Source: Selaginella moellendorffii
Lineage: Eukaryota > Plantae > Lycopodiophyta
Direction: 5' to 3'
DNA: 64,000 nucleotides
NCBI RefSeq assembly: GCF_000143415.4
Contig: NW_003314311.1
Span: 478,181 to 542,180, forward strand
In this document: positions 61,837 through 64,000 of the stretch, one piece after another
Position numbering within the stretch: position 1 is the first letter of the stretch
How the letters are laid out: every line of letters starts with the position of its first letter
Notes under the pieces: generated by a model
What the model was told of the DNA's origin: nothing
What the model saw: the letters and a program-made list of their open reading frames with translations, nothing else
The model's database searches: none
Translations under genes and position numbers: made by a program

Positions 61837-62913
61837 GTTGGTATTGTTTCACGTTTTCTTGTTCCAAGTCTTCCAGTAGAATCATGAAAAGCAGCGTTTT
61901 TGGCACTGAAAGTCCAGGTCTACACCTAGTCGTTTGCGTCGTTTTCTTCGTGGTCGTGAGTCCGTGCTTAGAGATTCCCGGCGTGCTCTCAGGATCGAGT
62001 CAACCATGGATCGATTGATCGATTGATCGATGCTTCTTCCAGCAATTCTCTCCAACGTGAAAGGGATAAGTTCCAATCCTCTCCATGAAGCTAGAAAGCT
62101 CTACATGAAAGCTAAATCCAGAGCATCAATATCAATGCTTCTTCTCAGCTTGAAGATGATCCAATGAGTTCCAATCCTCTCCAGCTAAAAAGCTCTCCAT
62201 GAAAGTCAAAGAGCCTGGATCGACAAAGAGTTTCTCCTTTTCCTTTGTAGGCTCGATGAAACGAAGAGGGAATTAAGCTAGAGGGAGGGGAAATGAAACT
62301 TTTGCTTTGTTCACATTGTTGTTGGATCTTTTATTGCTTCCTCCACTGGGAAGCTAAAAGCTCTTCTCTACATGATCCAGGATCTCATCCTCCATGCTGC
62401 GCTTGCTTCCGCCGCAGGAATTCGCAATATCTTCCAGGATCTTGACGGCAACGGACCCTCGCACCGGCTGACCCATGCTTCTACGTTCTGCTCTGCTAGG
62501 AAAACCAAGAACAAATCCCAATTATAAGTAGGACTATTCGTATGTCCTTGCAGATAAAATCTTATACAAATCTGCAGCTTTGGACTAGTAAGAAGTTTCA
62601 TTCCTCTTTCCAACAGACCAATTCTAGAACCATGCCTCAGTAAAGAGTTATCAGCTTGTATCAGATAACTAATATACCAAATATTAAAGTAAAGAAACAC
62701 AAATTCTGGAACCCACCAATTATCAGAAAAGAAACACAAATTCTAGAAGCCACAATTATCAACTTTGATCACCAATTATTAAACAAAGAAACATGTCTTT
62801 CTTCCTCTATTGCTTCCTGTTACAGTATCAAAAAAATAAGATAAAAAAAAACCACCACCCAACCATGTTGAACACAGATAAATAATCTCTCCAACCTGCT
62901 CTGCTGTTTTCTT

Positions 62914-64000
62914 TTAACCATCTTGCACAGAGGAGGGTTCTGCTGCTGCTTGCTGAATTTGCTGCTTTGCATCACTCACCTGCTCACCACCACCACCACC
63001 ACCACTCCCACCACCATTTCCACCACCACCAAATCCTGGAGCAAGGTTGGCCATCCCTTGCTGCTTGAGATACATATCCAGCGGCAAGCTCGCGTCCTGC
63101 AGCAGCCTCATCATACTCAGCCTGCTCTGCTGTGCCGCCTCGTCCCGCTCCGGCTGGCTGTTGAGATCAATCCCTCCTTTCCCCGCCAAGTTCTCATCCG
63201 CCACAGCAGTAGCACCACCACCTCCTCCTCCTACTCCTCCCCCTGGAACTGGCGGTGACGCAAACGCTCCCAGCAGCTCTGGGAATGGAAACGTCTTACC
63301 TCGCTCCGTCACAAACGGGTTGATCGGGTTGATCGGGCTGGGACTCGGGCTCGGGCTCTCCGCTGGCAATGCCGGGCTCGCCTTTGGCGGTGCCGATGCC
63401 TCTCTCGTGTTGTAGCGCTGCTGGCCCCTCTCCGGCGTGGTGGTGACGTTGTTGTTGTTGTTGTTGCCTTTGAGCCACTTGGCTTCTGCCGGGGACGCCG
63501 CCGCGGCCACCCCGTCGTCCTTGTCCCACGCCTTCTTCTTCCGCGCCGTCTCCGCCTCGCGCTCCGACTGCCGCTTCTTCCGCCTCATCATCAGCGTCTT
63601 GAACCTCCGCTTCACGGTCAGGCAGACGTTGCACACGCACGTCGGCTTGTGCTTGGGACCCTTGCCGCTGGGAGGCTGGATGCAGACGATGCATGTACAA
63701 CCCGGACGGTGGCGGGGATGCTTTGTTGTCGCAGCTGGTGGCGGAGGAGATGCTGCCTTCTCGTCGCCAAATGCCGCAGCAGTTGCCAAGGCATCCAATC
63801 CCGATGGCGAGCTGGCCGCTTTCCCTGGTTTACCTGTTATATATACGCACACACACCACATGCTTATCAGTTTCTAATCACATTCGTTGCTGGGCTTTAC
63901 CTGACATACTGTCCATGAGCTGGTCCATGTCTTCGTTGCTGAGCTCCTTCGCGGCACTACAGTTTGCTCTGGCGACAAAGGACAGACGTGAGCACTCACT
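62914..64000 (-). CDS. VAL: VAL/HSI2-family B3 transcriptional repressor, 3' part (gene runs off the window)
   Basis: [69 protein letters not shown] motif [28 protein letters not shown]. Confidence 0.93.

Overview
Gene-dense eukaryotic nuclear DNA from a land plant with very short (~45-90 nt) introns and SS-repeat PLS-E PPR genes. This fits the lycophyte Selaginella (inference, not a database match). Recognisable genes: three PLS/E PPRs, a POLLUX-like/PEC ion channel, MLH1, CDKF (CAK), an ArfGAP-C2 (AGD/ZAC-like), a type-B ARR, a plant-mobile-domain-like coiled-coil protein, two 11S-globulin-like cupin pseudogenes, three three-domain (type-4/Ec-like) metallothionein loci, a JINGUBANG-like WD40, an LRR receptor-like protein, a DCAF12-like WD40, a DTW protein, RPS30, a GRX-domain protein and the 3' end of a VAL/HSI2 B3 repressor. 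A near-intact 4.98-kb Ty3/gypsy element (short LTRs, 4-bp TSD, tRNA-Ala PBS) has a textbook -1 frameshift signal (G GGA AAC plus H-type pseudoknot) and lies 125 bp from a deleted, C>T/G>A-eroded sister copy. Best leads: (1) a Vgb-lyase-like beta-propeller gene of microbial appearance (43587-44813) with a plant TATA box, a 5'UTR intron and an NLS-like tail, next to a decayed inverted-repeat element; (2) the surrounding cluster of seed-maturation-type genes (cupin and Ec-like MTs) with RY boxes beside their TATA boxes, in a probably seedless plant. Exon boundaries were read by eye and no searches were run.
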